A stretch of 63,756 nt of DNA, filler included, from Octopus bimaculoides (taxonomy: Eukaryota), in NCBI RefSeq assembly GCF_001194135.2. It is 8 parts of 8 records of this genome, joined end to end, with 100 filler letters (N's around TTAATTAATTAA, not from the genome) between each part and the next. Parts side by side here need not be neighbours in the genome. Positions count along the whole stretch, not along the records: positions 13,882 to 33,354 come from NC_069000.1; positions 33,455 to 47,082 come from NC_068998.1; 6 more parts are not named here. One strand, written 5' to 3'. A program made the translations under genes and the position numbers. The notes beneath the pieces were generated by a model. The model did no database searches. It had not been told where the DNA came from and worked only from the letters and a program-made list of their open reading frames with translations. Position 1 is the first letter of the stretch. Each line of letters starts with the position of its first letter. Below are positions 26,036 through 39,007 of the stretch, in pieces.

Positions 26036-26156
26036 TAAACAAAACAACCCACAAGCACAAGACACACTTTATACAGCAATTATCTTGTGAAAAAACTTCC
26101 ATCAGTAATCTAGGTAAACCAATGCATTACACACTCAACACACAATACAAGCAGTA

Positions 26157-26700
26157 ATGCAAGAAAAGACTGCACTAAACTTCAAGAGTAAAAAACTGAT
26201 GCAATACAATCCCAGGAAGAGTTTGTATAACAACGACACTACTATGAGCCAACCACTGAATACTACCCTAAACTATAATATGCCCACAAACAGTGCAGCA
26301 TCATTCCTACATACACCTAGCCCATATATACCAAAACAATTTAGTTGCAACCTCCGATCTGGGGCCAAATGCCTGCTGCAAGCCAAGTACAGAAGATTTA
26401 GCATAGTATATAAGTGCACTGTCGACAGCACACTGCACAATTCCACTAGCTATTACATTGGTTCTACAATAAATTTTAAGAAGAGATACTCTGCACATTT
26501 GAATTCCTGAGCAAGGCAAGTCCACTTCCCTAGCCAACCACATACATCACCTTAGAAATAAGAAAATTCCATATCGGATAACCTGGACTATAATCGATTA
26601 GGCAAGATGAAACCTTTTCATCCTGTGAGCATAAATTCTTTTGTTCATTCAAGTTCTTCCACAGGTACAAATGAAAGCAAAATCAAAACATATTTATAAC
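26157..26700 (+). mobile_element. Penelope-like GIY-YIG endonuclease fragment
   Basis: KCLLQAK...SIVYKCTV...YYIGSTINFKKRYSAH, followed by out-of-frame STSLANHI...ITWTII. Confidence 0.78.
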
Positions 26701-26843
26701 TCCTGCTTCTGCACATTCACTATCATTGGGATGCGTCAAATAATATCATAACTGTCAAGACATAGTATCTATAGGCCCACAGTCTCACCAAATTATATTA
26801 AATTAAATTCTTTTTATTATTTTTTACCTCTTTCCTACCTTTT

Positions 26844-26883
<40 letters not shown>

Positions 26884-27090
26884 TCTCACAGAAGTATGTA
26901 CACCCTTAAAAAATTTCAGTAAAATTGCCATTACTCTGATAATACCAAAGGAAATCAAATGAAATTTATACTGAATAAAATATATACATGCAAACATTAT
27001 ACAAATCTGGAACACAAAACAATAAACATTTTCAAAGATATGAACAAAATATTAATTTTCAAACAATACAAAAATATGCACACCCTAAAG

Positions 27091-28550
27091 CGGGGATGGG
27101 AAACCCCTGCCTGGGGGTGCAATTGCACCTGCAGGCCCATTTTATTGTGCCTGAAGGCTGATATACTCATATGTATAAAATATAGTAAATTTTTCAATCA
27201 TAAAATTTATACAATAATCGTATGCCTATTTGCAACATAAGTCGCATTTCCACTAAGACTTAAAATGGTGAAACTCGAGCAGAAATCATCCGATAATTGG
27301 TATTTGAGTGGAAATTTTGTTTGCACTATGAAACACATATTGTTAGGGTTGTACCACCCCCTTGAGCCCAAATTACATTCTAGCTGAAAAATATAGTATA
27401 CTTCATAAGTAATATAATCGTCCTTTAGCCAAGAAGATGGTTGTATGGATATAATGGTTCGTTGAGGTCACCAGTGTGGCAGTTTGTTGAATACCACCAC
27501 CTTAACATTGTCCGTTGGTTATTAGTTCGACAAAAGTTGTTCTCACGTGGGGTTGACTCCATGGTTGTTGGTTGAAGATGACGATGTCAGCGATGGTAGA
27601 TGTTGGTAACAGCATGCGGCAGACAGACATCTCCAACTGTGTTTGTGTAGTTGTTCAACAGTGATGATATACAATAACAATTCGCTTTAAGATTATAAGG
27701 TTTTATTGTAGTATGGGTTACACATGAATTGCCTTGCATAGATGTGTAGTGTTTGATAGAGATTTCTCTAGTGTGTTAGCAGTAAATGAATGAATGCCTG
27801 AAGACATTAGTTGTGCTTTGTATATGTTGTGTCAATGCCCCCAGGTGAAGAAGTAGCATCTCCCAAGACATATAAATAGAGGTAGTCTGGCCGTGGTAGG
27901 GGTGTTGAGTAGCAGTTGAGTAGCAGTTGTGGAGCGGTTGAGTAGAGATCATCCGAAGGTGCTAGATAGCAGTAGCGTTGAGACATAACAGTATTGATAG
28001 AAGTGTTTCAAGATAGCTTGAGATAACGACACTGAGTTTGGTCTATACTGCTAGCGCACATGGAAGAAGAATGTTCTTATGTGAGAGTGGCCAGCATTAA
28101 TGCGATAGAACAAAACTGCATGCTGAGAGCCCTTCAGAAAAGCAAGACAAAGAACAGAAAGGAACTCGAGTGTAGCAGCAGCTACATTATATAAGTGACA
28201 ATCAGATGTAGCAGAGAATGTCTGTTTGAGGGAGCCTGTTAATTCAATCAATCACAGACTGAGTAGAGCTGTAAACTGACAGTGTCATTTGAACCTACTC
28301 TGAGATCCAAAAATACATGTTTTGAATTAATGCTAATACAGACATGCTACAGTCATAAGTTCAGTGGCGGCATTAATGAAGATGTTACGCATTAATTTAA
28401 TGTGTTAAACTTATCTTTATTAATGTATATCAAATTATACATAGATACGTACAAGATTTACAGATATAAGAGTTAGAACTTGTGATCCTACTGTGGACCT
28501 TTTTCTTAGGAAATGTTTGCCCGCCACACTAAAAAGTTTCCCTACCCCTG
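27091..28550. mobile_element. hAT-type non-autonomous element nested in the Tc1
   Basis: Ends cggggatgggaaac / gtttccctacccctg; 8-bp TSD ccctaaag (27083-27090) / acctaaag (28551-28558); Tc1 sequence resumes after the TSD. Confidence 0.72.
27707..28186. mobile_element. Probable solo LTR
   Basis: TGTAG...CTACA termini, 4-bp TSD ttat on both sides, internal TATAAATA near 27872. Confidence 0.55.
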
Positions 28551-28975
28551 ACCTAAAGGATTATTTACTATATTCAATATTTGGTATGACCGCCCTTGCT
28601 TTCATTGACTGCATTACGTCTTCTGGTTATAGAGTCAGTTAAATTTCTTCATATAACCGATGAAATCAACCTCTATTCATCCTGAACAATGTCTTTCAAC
28701 TGTGTTACATTGCGAAGTTTTTTTTCCTCAACTTTCCTTTTCAAAACACCCCACGGATGTTCTATTGGGTTTAAATTAGGTGACATGGTGGGCCGAGACA
28801 ATACCTTTACCTTTTTATCTTATAAATTTAGTTGTCATCTTTGAAGTGTGTTTAAGGTCATTATCATATTGGAAGATGGATTGTCTTCCTTGTTCCTTGC
28901 TGCTTTTCAACATTGTTTACTGCAATATGTCACAATAAAGCCGTGAATCCATTGTTCTATCAATAAATGTGAGTC

Positions 28976-29134
28976 CTGGTATTTTGTCTGTCTGAGTTCA
29001 AATTCCACCGAGGTCAACTTTGCCTTTCATCCTTTCGGGTTCGATAAATTAAGTACCAGTTGCGTACTAGGGTCAATCTAACCGACAGGCCCCCTCCCCT
29101 AAAAATTTCGGGCATTGTGCCTAGAGCAGAAAAG
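28976..29134 (+). mobile_element. 5'-truncated SINE family A inserted in the Tc1 transposase
   Basis: Perfect 14-bp TSD aataaatgtgagtc at 28962-28975 and 29135-29148. Confidence 0.88.
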
Positions 29135-30199
29135 AATAAATGTGAGTCTTCTCACACTTAGTGCACTCATAAATCCCCAAAGCATAACACTTTCACCGCC
29201 ATGTTTCACGGCAGGCAGAGTGCATTTGTCACTATTATCTTCACCTGGTCATCGCCATACTCATTTAATACTATCTGACTCAAACAAGTTGATTTTAGTC
29301 ACATCAGAAAACAGAATTTTATTCCAAAACTCTTTCCCCTTACTCACATAGGTTTTGGCAAAAGAAAGATGACTTGATTTATGCCTGATGGTGAGGAGAA
29401 GCTTGCTATGGGAAATGCATTCATGAAGGCCACACTGGTTCAAACTGTGTCAAACTCTTTGGGCGGATACACTCTTTCTACTAACAGAAGATACTTCTTG
29501 GGCCAAAGATGAAGTGGTACAATGCCTATCGTAGATCACGCAATGTTGGATGTAGCAAATGTCATGTGCAGTTGAAAACAGAAGGACAATCTGGACAGTG
29601 TTTATTGTTTAGCTGTCCAGCACCTTTGTATTTCTGAATTACTTTGGCAACTATGTTTACGCTAATATGTATTTGCTTGCTAATTAACTTGTATCCTAAG
29701 CCATTCTTGTGCAAATTAAAAATGATTTTCTTCAAATCTTCAGACAATTCTTTTCCTTTTGGTGCCATTTTAATCATAATGAAGATTTTCACCACCGTAC
29801 ACAAATCAGAATTCCTGCAGATTCAACAACAATGACCAGTGCAAAGATGCCAGGAGAAATAATTTATTAGAATTGAAATTATCAGTAATATCTGAATTTA
29901 GTAAAAAAAAAAAGTGGATAAAATACTGAATATAGCAAATTTCCTTTAAGGTGTACATATTTTTATAACATTTGAAAATTAATATTTCATTTGTATCTTT
30001 GAAAAATGTTTATTGTTTTGTGTTCCAAATTTGTATAATGTTTGCATGCAGAATATATTTTATTCAGTATAAACTTTGTTGATTTCCTTCAATATTATCA
30101 GAGTAATGGCAATTTTACTGAAATTTTTTAGGGGTGTACATGCTTCTGTGATATACAGTATATTTTATATGTATATATATATATATATGTATATTATAA

Positions 30200-30600
30200 T
30201 GGGGGAGGCTGGTCTATGGGGTTATCCTGGGTTTCTTGCTCATAAGGGGTGTATCTTCAGACCTCAAATACTACTGGCCTAAGACCTCTTCAAAATATGG
30301 AGAGGGAATGCCTCGCTATAATGGTAAACACTAGGAGATTATTTCCCTTTGCCATTGGCTGTTGAGCTTTGGCCATGCCATTACTTTGCAGTCACCAAAC
30401 AACCACAAAGGTAAACGATTGTCTCTTTTAGCCTTGGCTATTGGCTTCCAAAAAGCCAGCAGGAATCTTCTAAAATACAAGCATGGCCTGAAAATCTCCA
30501 TCCTGGAGTTCAGGATGCTCCCTGGCATGAGTGAGTTCTTTAAGATTGTCATGCATTTGGCAATGCATAACTTGCAATGTTTATCCTGCTGATGTAGGGG
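30200..30600 (+). mobile_element. Possible pogo-like transposase N-terminal remnant
   Basis: Weak resemblance of FQKASRNLLKYKHGLKISILEFRMLPGMSEFFKIVMHLAMHNL to the pogo CENP-B HTH region. Confidence 0.25.
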
Positions 30601-30671
30601 CATGGGTTCTTGAGTATGGTATCCCTTTGTCTCTTAGTTGCCAGATATGGCTGGCCAGTGATATATGTATA

Positions 30672-30724
<53 letters not shown>

Positions 30725-31580
30725 GAGAATGTACGAAAAAACAACAACAGACGAGGACAGGTGGTGTAAATAACAAAAGGATGTATTAGTATGNNNNNNN
30801 NNNNNNNNNNNNNNNNNNNNNNNNNNNNNNNNNNNNNNNNNNNNNNNNNNNNNNNNNNNNNNNNNNNNNNNNNNNNNNNNNNNNNNNNNNNNNNNNNNNN
30901 NNNNNNNNNNNNNNNNNNNNNNNNNNNNNNNNNNNNNNNNNNNNNNNNNNNNNNNNNNNNNNNNNNNNNNNNNNNNNNNNNNNNNNNNNNNNNNNNNNNN
31001 NNNNNNNNNNNNNNNNNNNNNNNNNNNNNNNNNNNNNNNNNNNNNNNNNNNNNNNNNNNNNNNNNNNNNNNNNNNNNNNNNNNNNNNNNNNNNNNNNNNN
31101 NNNNNNNNNNNNNNNNNNNNNNNNNNNNNNNNNNNNNNNNNNNNNNNNNNNNNNNNNNNNNNNNNNNNNNNNNNNNNNNNNNNNNNNNNNNNNNNNNNNN
31201 NNNNNNNNNNNNNNNNNNNNNNNNNNNNNNNNNNNNNNNNNNNNNNNNNNNNNNNNNNNNNNNNNNNNNNNNNNNNNNNNNNNNNNNNNNNNNNNNNNNN
31301 NNNNNNNNNNNNNNNNNNNNNNNNNNNNNNNNNNNNNNNNNNNNNNNNNNNNNNNNNNNNNNNNNNNNNNNNNNNNNNNNNNNNNNNNNNNNNNNNNNNN
31401 NNNNNNNNNNNNNNNNNNNNNNNNNNNNNNNNNNNNNNNNNNNNNNNNNNNNNNNNNNNNNNNNNNNNNNNNNNNNNNNNNNNNNNNNNNNNNNNNNNNN
31501 NNNNNNNNNNNNNNNNNNNNNNNNNNNNNNNNNNNNNNNNNNNNNNNNNNNNNNNNNNNNNNNNNNNNTGATTCCCATGC

Positions 31581-31666
31581 TTTCCCTGATGAGAAGGTTA
31601 CAATTTTAATATCAAAGATCCCTATGGATCACACAGGTTGTAATCCTTTGAAGCATATGTAGGAAT
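31581..31666 (+). ncRNA. Type I hammerhead-ribozyme-like motif with intact CUGAUGA and A15.1->G change
   Basis: Stem I TTCC/GGAA; stem II GAAGG-TTACAAT/GTTGTAA-T-CCTTT with inner GATCC/GGATC hairpin; GAAGC-ATAT-GTA. Confidence 0.65.
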
Positions 31667-31914
31667 AAAGTATGCAATTATAACATGCGTTTTCTCCAAT
31701 CCTTAAATTCTTAAATATACTCAAATACCCAAAATTTCAAGGAGTTCTTGCCTTAAAAACAGGAGCTAACCACAGTTATTTTGTGTTCTTTGCTACATTG
31801 GTTTCTATTAACCCATTTATTCTATCAGAGGAATTTTTATTCATTAAGATAGAAGAAATACACATAATTATATATATATATATATATATATATGGTAGTT
31901 GTCTACTACTTATG

Positions 31915-32215
31915 TAGAGTCTGACCACATCTTGTACCTATACCTTGGATCCATTATGGCGTGGCTTTTTAAACCAGATAATATATTGAAAAGACACCCA
32001 CATAGACTGTGTATCTGATTTGGACCACTGAGAGCTGCAGTTAAATTCTGACCTTTGTGGATCTTAAAATGTCTTTTGAGGCCTGCATTAGATGTGCAGA
32101 CCTTATGCCATACATGGCATTGAAAGGTGTGCACAGATATATAGGCAATAGTTGGTGGGGGTTTGTTTTTCATGAGTCTGCAAATAAGATTTGAACTCAG
32201 CAAAAGAAAGTCATG
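31915..32215 (-). pseudogene. Degenerate C2H2 zinc-finger pair, likely an RTE LINE ORF2 C-terminus
   Basis: FQCHVWHKVCTSNAGLKRHFKIH...SLCGCLFNILSGLKSH with Cys ligands mutated. Confidence 0.45.
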
Positions 32216-33061
32216 GTCTGTCACAAACTGTGCACACAAAAAGGTCATTGTGATTCATCTTCTTAATCGTAACATTCTTCTTTAAATCTCTCTTGAGTCT
32301 TGTATGCTTGGACACACACACACACACACTAACAGAAAGAAAGCAAAGAGTGAAGAAATTCAGACGATGAATATTTAAGTATAAATATATATGAATATTT
32401 AAGTGCAAATATATAGATATTTAAGTGTTTTATATATTGAGAATCTCTAGATTTCATCTGTTGACTATATATACATATGTAAGTATGTATGTATGTATTT
32501 ATATGTGTGTATGTGTATGTATTATATATGTGTATGAATGTATGTATGTACGTATCATGATATTGACCAGACTATCAGATGTTGTTATACATCGCTGAGC
32601 ACAATGTGCTTCACATTGTTTTAGCTTTCGAATGATGCCACCTCGCTGGTTAGGTGTACAGGCTAGCATTTCTCCTGATCAGAAAGCTATTCAGTCACAG
32701 TGTCATATGACCGTTAGAAAAGGGAGATATGAACAAGTAATATAATAATTGTCTATATATAGTATAATAGATAATTATTCTTATTTATCTGTTGAAGAAA
32801 AAGTTGTCCATTCATGCTAGTTATCTCCCATTGAACATGTTAAAACATAGCCTTTCTTTGTTAACAAGGATAACGAAGCTTAGAGTAAATACTATAGATG
32901 ATAACTGCCACATTTATTTTAGTTTTCTTGAGAAAAAACCCACATCAATATTCTACAATAATTAATTCATAGGAAAAAGAGAATTGTGTATTACTTGTAT
33001 TTTTTAATAAATGAAGTAAGTTTATATTTATTCTCTATCTTCCTCTCTCTCTCTCTCTATA

Positions 33062-33300
33062 TATACTATATATAAAACAGAGATGTGTGTGTAATCGCTT
33101 TTCACGTGAAATCGACTTCACCAAATGCTTCCATACTTGTAATGCATGAATAATTTGACCTCGGATAAATCTTAGGCTCTTCATTTGATTATTTTAATTA
33201 AAAATAAATAATATTGCTTTATATTTAAGATTCACTTCTTTAAAAAGGTTCCTCAATGTCAACTTCCGGTATTGACGTAACAACCGCAAAAAGCTTCACT
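33062..33300 (+). mobile_element. Possible Helitron-like 5' terminal fragment
   Basis: tactatatataaaacagag-(tg)n-aatcgcttttcacg resembles non-autonomous Helitron starts; no 3' end seen. Confidence 0.3.
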
Positions 33301-33454
33301 TTCTATTTTGTGTGTTCGTGTGTATGAGAGAGAGAGAGAGAGTAAATACTACATNNNNNNNNNNNNNNNNNNNNNNNNNNNNNNNNNNNNNNNNNNNNTT
33401 AATTAATTAANNNNNNNNNNNNNNNNNNNNNNNNNNNNNNNNNNNNNNNNNNNN

Positions 33455-33498
<44 letters not shown>

Positions 33499-34009
33499 AA
33501 CGAAGAATTTTAAAAATGATGCAAATGAAAAATGGATGATACATAAATATTTTTCATGAAGAAAGTGCAAGGATTGCTTCTTGTTGTTCAAAAGAAAATT
33601 AAAACAAAAAGAAGGGTGAAGAGAAAAAAAGAACATTCCTTGGAATGTGCACAAGTAAGATAGTTTGTAATAATTGCATTAAATAAATGGTAAACTGGAA
33701 AAGGTTAGGCATGAAAAACAGGGTTTCATACCTACGAGATACATAGAAAATTGCAGTAACATTTTGGCAAGTTGGACTTGATGCAGTTACAAGGAACTGC
33801 ACCACCAGTCAGTCATGTAGAACTTGTTTTTTCTTAGATTGCACAAGTGGATTTCATTGAATAAATTATTATTATTTTCATTATTACTAGCATTATTATC
33901 ATCATCATTATTATTAGATACACACATATATATGCAGACACACACACGCACAAACACATAATTGTGTGTGTATGTGTGTGTGCGCACGCGTGTATGCATG
34001 TGTATAAGT

Positions 34010-34040
<31 letters not shown>

Positions 34041-35353
34041 TGTATATACTGTATATGTAGAAGATTTCTGAAAAGAATGAAATAGTTCTATACATGATTG
34101 CCCCTAAGTAGAAATTTTAACAAATATCTAATAAACAAGCAACAAAACAATTAAAAAATTAATTAAATGCATTCAATGCATCTTTTTCTTTATTTCTTAG
34201 TTTCAAATTGAAACTTCTAATCCTGCCATATATTATAAAGAAATTATTATCGCCTTTGTAATGTGTGTGTGTGTGTACACAGATATAGATATACATACAC
34301 CTTCATTTCATATTCTAAGTATTAATCTTTATTTTTAAGTTATTCAGCATTATTATATTATTATTATTATATAATTTTTTTCATATCCTTCACTTTCTGT
34401 TCCTTTCTCTTCTGTCTCAATCTCTTTCTTAAGCTTTCTCTGCCTCTTTCTTTTACAAACACTACATCATTACATTACTAACAAGTAAAATGCAAACTCT
34501 GAAAGGCAGATTGCATATTATCTGCCTAGGGGGTAAAGTAACTTTGACTAAAACTGTTGCAAGAGAGAAGGGAGTGTTAGACTTGTCACATACAACAACC
34601 CTCTAATATCACTTACAAAATAAGATGAGGCTGTGTGGTAAGAAGTTTGTTTCCCAACCACATGGTGGTGTGTTTATGTCCCCGTAACTTAGCGGTTCGG
34701 CAAAAGACACCGATAGAATAAGTACTAGGCTTCCAAAGAATAATCTCCTTGAGTCGATTTGCTCGACTAATGGTGGTGCTTCAGCATGGCCACAGTCAAA
34801 TGACTGAAACAAGTAAAAGAGAGTAAAGAGTATGTATAAATAGTAGTAATAATAATAATAATAATCTGAAAATGGAATGTATAAGATTTTAGTGCATCGC
34901 TACGTGCATTTCCACAAATCACGTTTCTTACAACCAAAGTTCGTATTCCTGGATTTCTATCAGCACAGATCAGTAAAACCCCAAAAAAACTGCTATTGCC
35001 AGTCGGTATCATTAGATTGTAGCTGGCATGATAAAATAGGAGCTTTCATATGCATATCAAAAAAAAGTTTCCCGTAAATGATCTTAAAAGATGTGTGTGT
35101 GTGTGTGTTTTTGCCTTGACTTTGCATAATTGCTGTAAATGAGTGTCAACATCATGCAAGTGGTAACCTTTATTAACAGTCTTCTGTAAAAAGGTGTTTG
35201 GGGAAATATTACCTTACTTGGAAAAAAGGTGAGGTTGATATCAGGAAGGGCATTAAGCTATAGAAAATTCACCTCAACAAATTCCATCTGGCCCATGAGA
35301 ACATGGAAAAGTAGGTGTTAAAATTATTATTATTATTATTATTATTGTCATCA

Positions 35354-35401
<48 letters not shown>

Positions 35402-35626
35402 CATACTGCAAGATGACATACACTGCAATAGAATTGACTAGCTGGCTAGCTGACTGGCGCATTTTTTCTGTTGCTTTGTGTGCCAGATGAGGCAGACTAT
35501 TACAAGTGGGCAAAACCTATCCAACCCATACAAGCATGGTAAACTAGACATGAAATGTTTTATTGTTTTTGCTGTTTTAATGATGATGATGATGATGATG
35601 ATGATGACAATGCCGATAATGCAAAC

Positions 35627-35669
<43 letters not shown>

Positions 35670-37914
35670 CTGATAATATTGTTTGAGATTGCAGGCAATA
35701 CACAGCTTTGTGGCATAAGAACAGCAACACAAACTGAGAAAAAAGAAAAGGGGGGGGGGGTTATAACATAATATTTAAAAAAATCAGTCAGTTGAAAAGG
35801 TGGATACTGCTCTTTCTCTTGTAATGTCTTATTCCTGTTCTGTCATAAAAAAAAAAAAAAATAGATTCCTTTTGGTGTTGTTTTTTCATCCATAAAACCT
35901 AACTTACAATCAAATAAATGGTTGAAAAGAGATTTGTCAAGAATGTGTTACAAGTCAATCTAAAGATTCAATTCCTAGTGACAATAGTGCTAATAATAAT
36001 AATTTTTTCTACATTAGGCAGAAGGCCTGAAATTTTGAATGAGGGCCAAGTGGATCACATTAACCCCAATGCTCAACTGGTACTTACTTTATCAAACCCC
36101 AAAAAGATGAAAAGCAAAGTTGACCTTGGTTGAATTTGAACTCAGACCATAATTGAGGTCTACTTTGCCTTTCATCATTTTTTTTGGGGGGGGGGGGTGA
36201 TAAAATAAGTGCCAGCTAAGCACCAGGGTTGATGCAATCAAGTAGTCCCCTCCTGCAAATTCTCAGGTCTTGTGCCTATAGTAGAAAGGATTATTATTAT
36301 TATTATTACTACTACTACTACTACGACTACTGGAGACAGTAAACTGGCAGAAACATTACAGTGTTGGGCAAGCTCCTTTCATTTTGATTTCAAATCCCAC
36401 CAATGTCAACTTTACCTTCCATTCCTTGAAGTACCAGTCAAGTACTGGTGTCAATGGTTATGACTAATCCCTTCCACTAAAACCTGTTGGCCTTGTACCT
36501 AAATCAGAAACTATTATTATTTTATTTTCCTTCAGTAATTTCATGCAAGTTTCAATTGCACCACCTGGTGCACCTCTGTATCCCCAAGATGTGTATGCAG
36601 CATTGCATTCTTACGAGTATTGAGGGAGAACAGACTCCTACTGTTGGTGTTCTGCATCAGTTTGTTTTGTTATGGGGTTTTGTTTCTTATTTTATATTAG
36701 TGTTTGTTGTGTGGTGTGTGTAATGAAGGTTGTGTTGCTTTCATGGCCCTTAATCTTACATGGTACATGCTGTGACAGTTGTATTGTTTTAGATTATATG
36801 GTGCTTATTGTATGGAGAGTATGTTGTGTGTGAAGACTGTTCTATTAGAGCTATACTATTGAATTAACAGTGTCTTGTGCAAGATATGAGCTGTTCCTAG
36901 CAGAGCTATTTTGGGGTCAGTGTATAGTGTCGTGAGCTTTTGTATGGCTTCTGTATTTCTTTATTATTGCTATTCTTATGACGCTTAGATTTTGCTTTGG
37001 CATTTGTACAAACTGAGTTCAAGTCCCACCCAGGAACCTCATGAGACAGCAATTTATTATAAGTTCTATTATTTCTAACACAAATATACAAGAACAATTG
37101 ATGAACTCAAACCTTGAAAATGCTTAGTTGCTATATCCACATTGGATGGTTGAATAATAAAGTAGACACTTGCAGGAGTCAAATTCGGAAACCAAAGAGA
37201 TATAAGGTATTTTGTCTGTCACTGAATCAATTCAAATCTGTATATTATTAAATGACTGTTATATGAAATAAAAGACAATGAGGAGATATGGCATTGTTGC
37301 ACAGACAAATCTGAAGACCTAATGGTGCTGTAATGCAACAGCATTAATATCACTACTACTAATATTTAATTATTAATATTATTACTCTTATTATTATTAG
37401 TATCATTATTATTATTATTATTATTACTACTACTACTATCATTATTATTACTATCATTATTATTATTATTATTATTATGCTTTCGATGATGATAGTAATA
37501 ATAATAATATAAATTAAGAGGAAGTGAGGACATGTAGCGATTTTGATTCTGGTCTCAATGCTGGCATTGGTCTGAAGATCTGGAAATATCACACATAAAA
37601 TGTGGTTCGGTGGAAACCTTGACCTGCAAATAAGAAAATCATAAGATTAGGGTTAAATATGCCAAGTTATTATTTAATGAAAGCAGTTTAATGAAAAATT
37701 CTGGCAGTTTGCAACTAGACATGACTTATTCAAACATTATGAAATGAAATTTTCTTTGGAGTATTTGTAAAAGACAACTTTTAAGAACTTAATGAAAGCC
37801 TGCCCTCAATACCAGGAGGAAGATGACAAAAAAAATTTTTTTTTTCACAAAATGTCGATATTTATTTACATGCATTGCATTCATACATTCCATTGTGTGA
37901 TAGAGAAATAGGCC

Positions 37915-38215
37915 ACACAGAGTTAAAAAGAGAAAAACTCCCTTCGGTCATGAATGAACATGGGATTTCACCTAGAAAGTTCTCCTCTGAAGCACAAGTC
38001 CAGGCAATGTTGTTTGTGGAAGACCTGCAGTCACCCATTCATACCTCTCTCCATGCCACCGATGTTATCCAAGGGAAAGGCAAAGGCCGATACAGCTTGG
38101 CACCAGTGACATTGTAACTCATTTCTATAGCTGAATCAATTGGAGAAACGTGAAATAAAGTGTCTTGCTCAAGAACACAACACACAGCCCAATCTGGGAA
38201 TCAAACTCAGTAGGA
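37915..38215 (-). mobile_element. SINE family D (CORE/Meta-like central domain); other copies at 44025-44310 and 42327-42445
   Basis: gagtttgattcccaga..tgtgttgtgttcttgagcaagacactttatttcac...cagct.tagaaatgagt on the minus strand. Confidence 0.75.
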
Positions 38216-38758
38216 TTGCATTGTCTAAGTTCTCTACATCTCATTTTGCCTACCAGTCAGCAACAGGTAACTACATCATCAGGGAATGTTACCTAGCATT
38301 CCACCTAGTGAAGATTTATCTCTCAAGAAATCAAGGCCAGGCAGATGTACTCAAAGAACCATCTTTATTTGTTTTATCAGCTATTGCTGCTGATATTACT
38401 GTTCAACTCCAGGCCAAACAACAACAACAACCTATAATCAAAAACATTTCAACAGTGACCACCACTTCTCTTCCTTAGAAGTACAGCAAAGACTATATCA
38501 TCTAATGTGCCCTTTCCCTATTTAAGATGATAGAATTAAATGAGAAAGATTTGACTGCTATTTTTAGCAAGTAGAGCAAGCATATAGAAGCTCACTCACA
38601 AGAATAATGGATATGAAGAGAAATAAGTGATGTACAGGAGCTATGACTGAAAGTTATAATCTCTGAATTTCTGACAACAATTAGGATGAAGCTGCCCTGG
38701 TTACGTACAAGTTCATCAGTTATGGTTCTCCATATTTGAAATCTCTTCACCAGGTTTA

Positions 38759-38795
<37 letters not shown>

Positions 38796-38798
<3 letters not shown>

Positions 38799-39007
38799 TC
38801 ATCATCATCATCATCATCGTTTAACGTCCGCTTTCCATGCTAGCATGGGTTGGACGATTTGACTGAGGACTGGTGAAACCGGATGGCAACACCAGGCTCC
38901 AGTCTGATTTGGCAGAGTTTCTACAGCTGGATGCCCTTCCTAACGCCAACCACTCAGGGAGTGTAGTGGGTGCTTTTACGTGTCACCCGCACGAAAACGG
39001 CCACGCT
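38796..39007 (-). mobile_element. Young (GAT)n-tailed retroelement 3' end, copy 2
   Basis: Near-identical to 21020-21270. Confidence 0.8.

Larger units (their letters stand above)
26879..30158 (-). mobile_element. Tc1-family DNA transposon with about 210-bp IR/DR-type TIRs and a decayed transposase (about 28575-29790), interrupted by nested insertions
   Basis: TIRs 26879-27090 and about 29945-30158 flanked by TA; MAPKGKELSEDLKKIIFNLHKNGLGYKLIS, FWNKILFSDVTKINLF and FQYDNDLKHTS motifs. Confidence 0.9.

Noticed and set aside
34880-35030. CpG-retaining block with open frames on both strands
   Set aside because: No recognisable protein; splice sites do not join cleanly to neighbouring candidates
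38225-38305. Minus-strand ttccCTGATGATG next to a GGAATG/CATTCC hairpin
   Set aside because: No NUH site before the stem and no GAAA or stem II; at most a heavily decayed remnant
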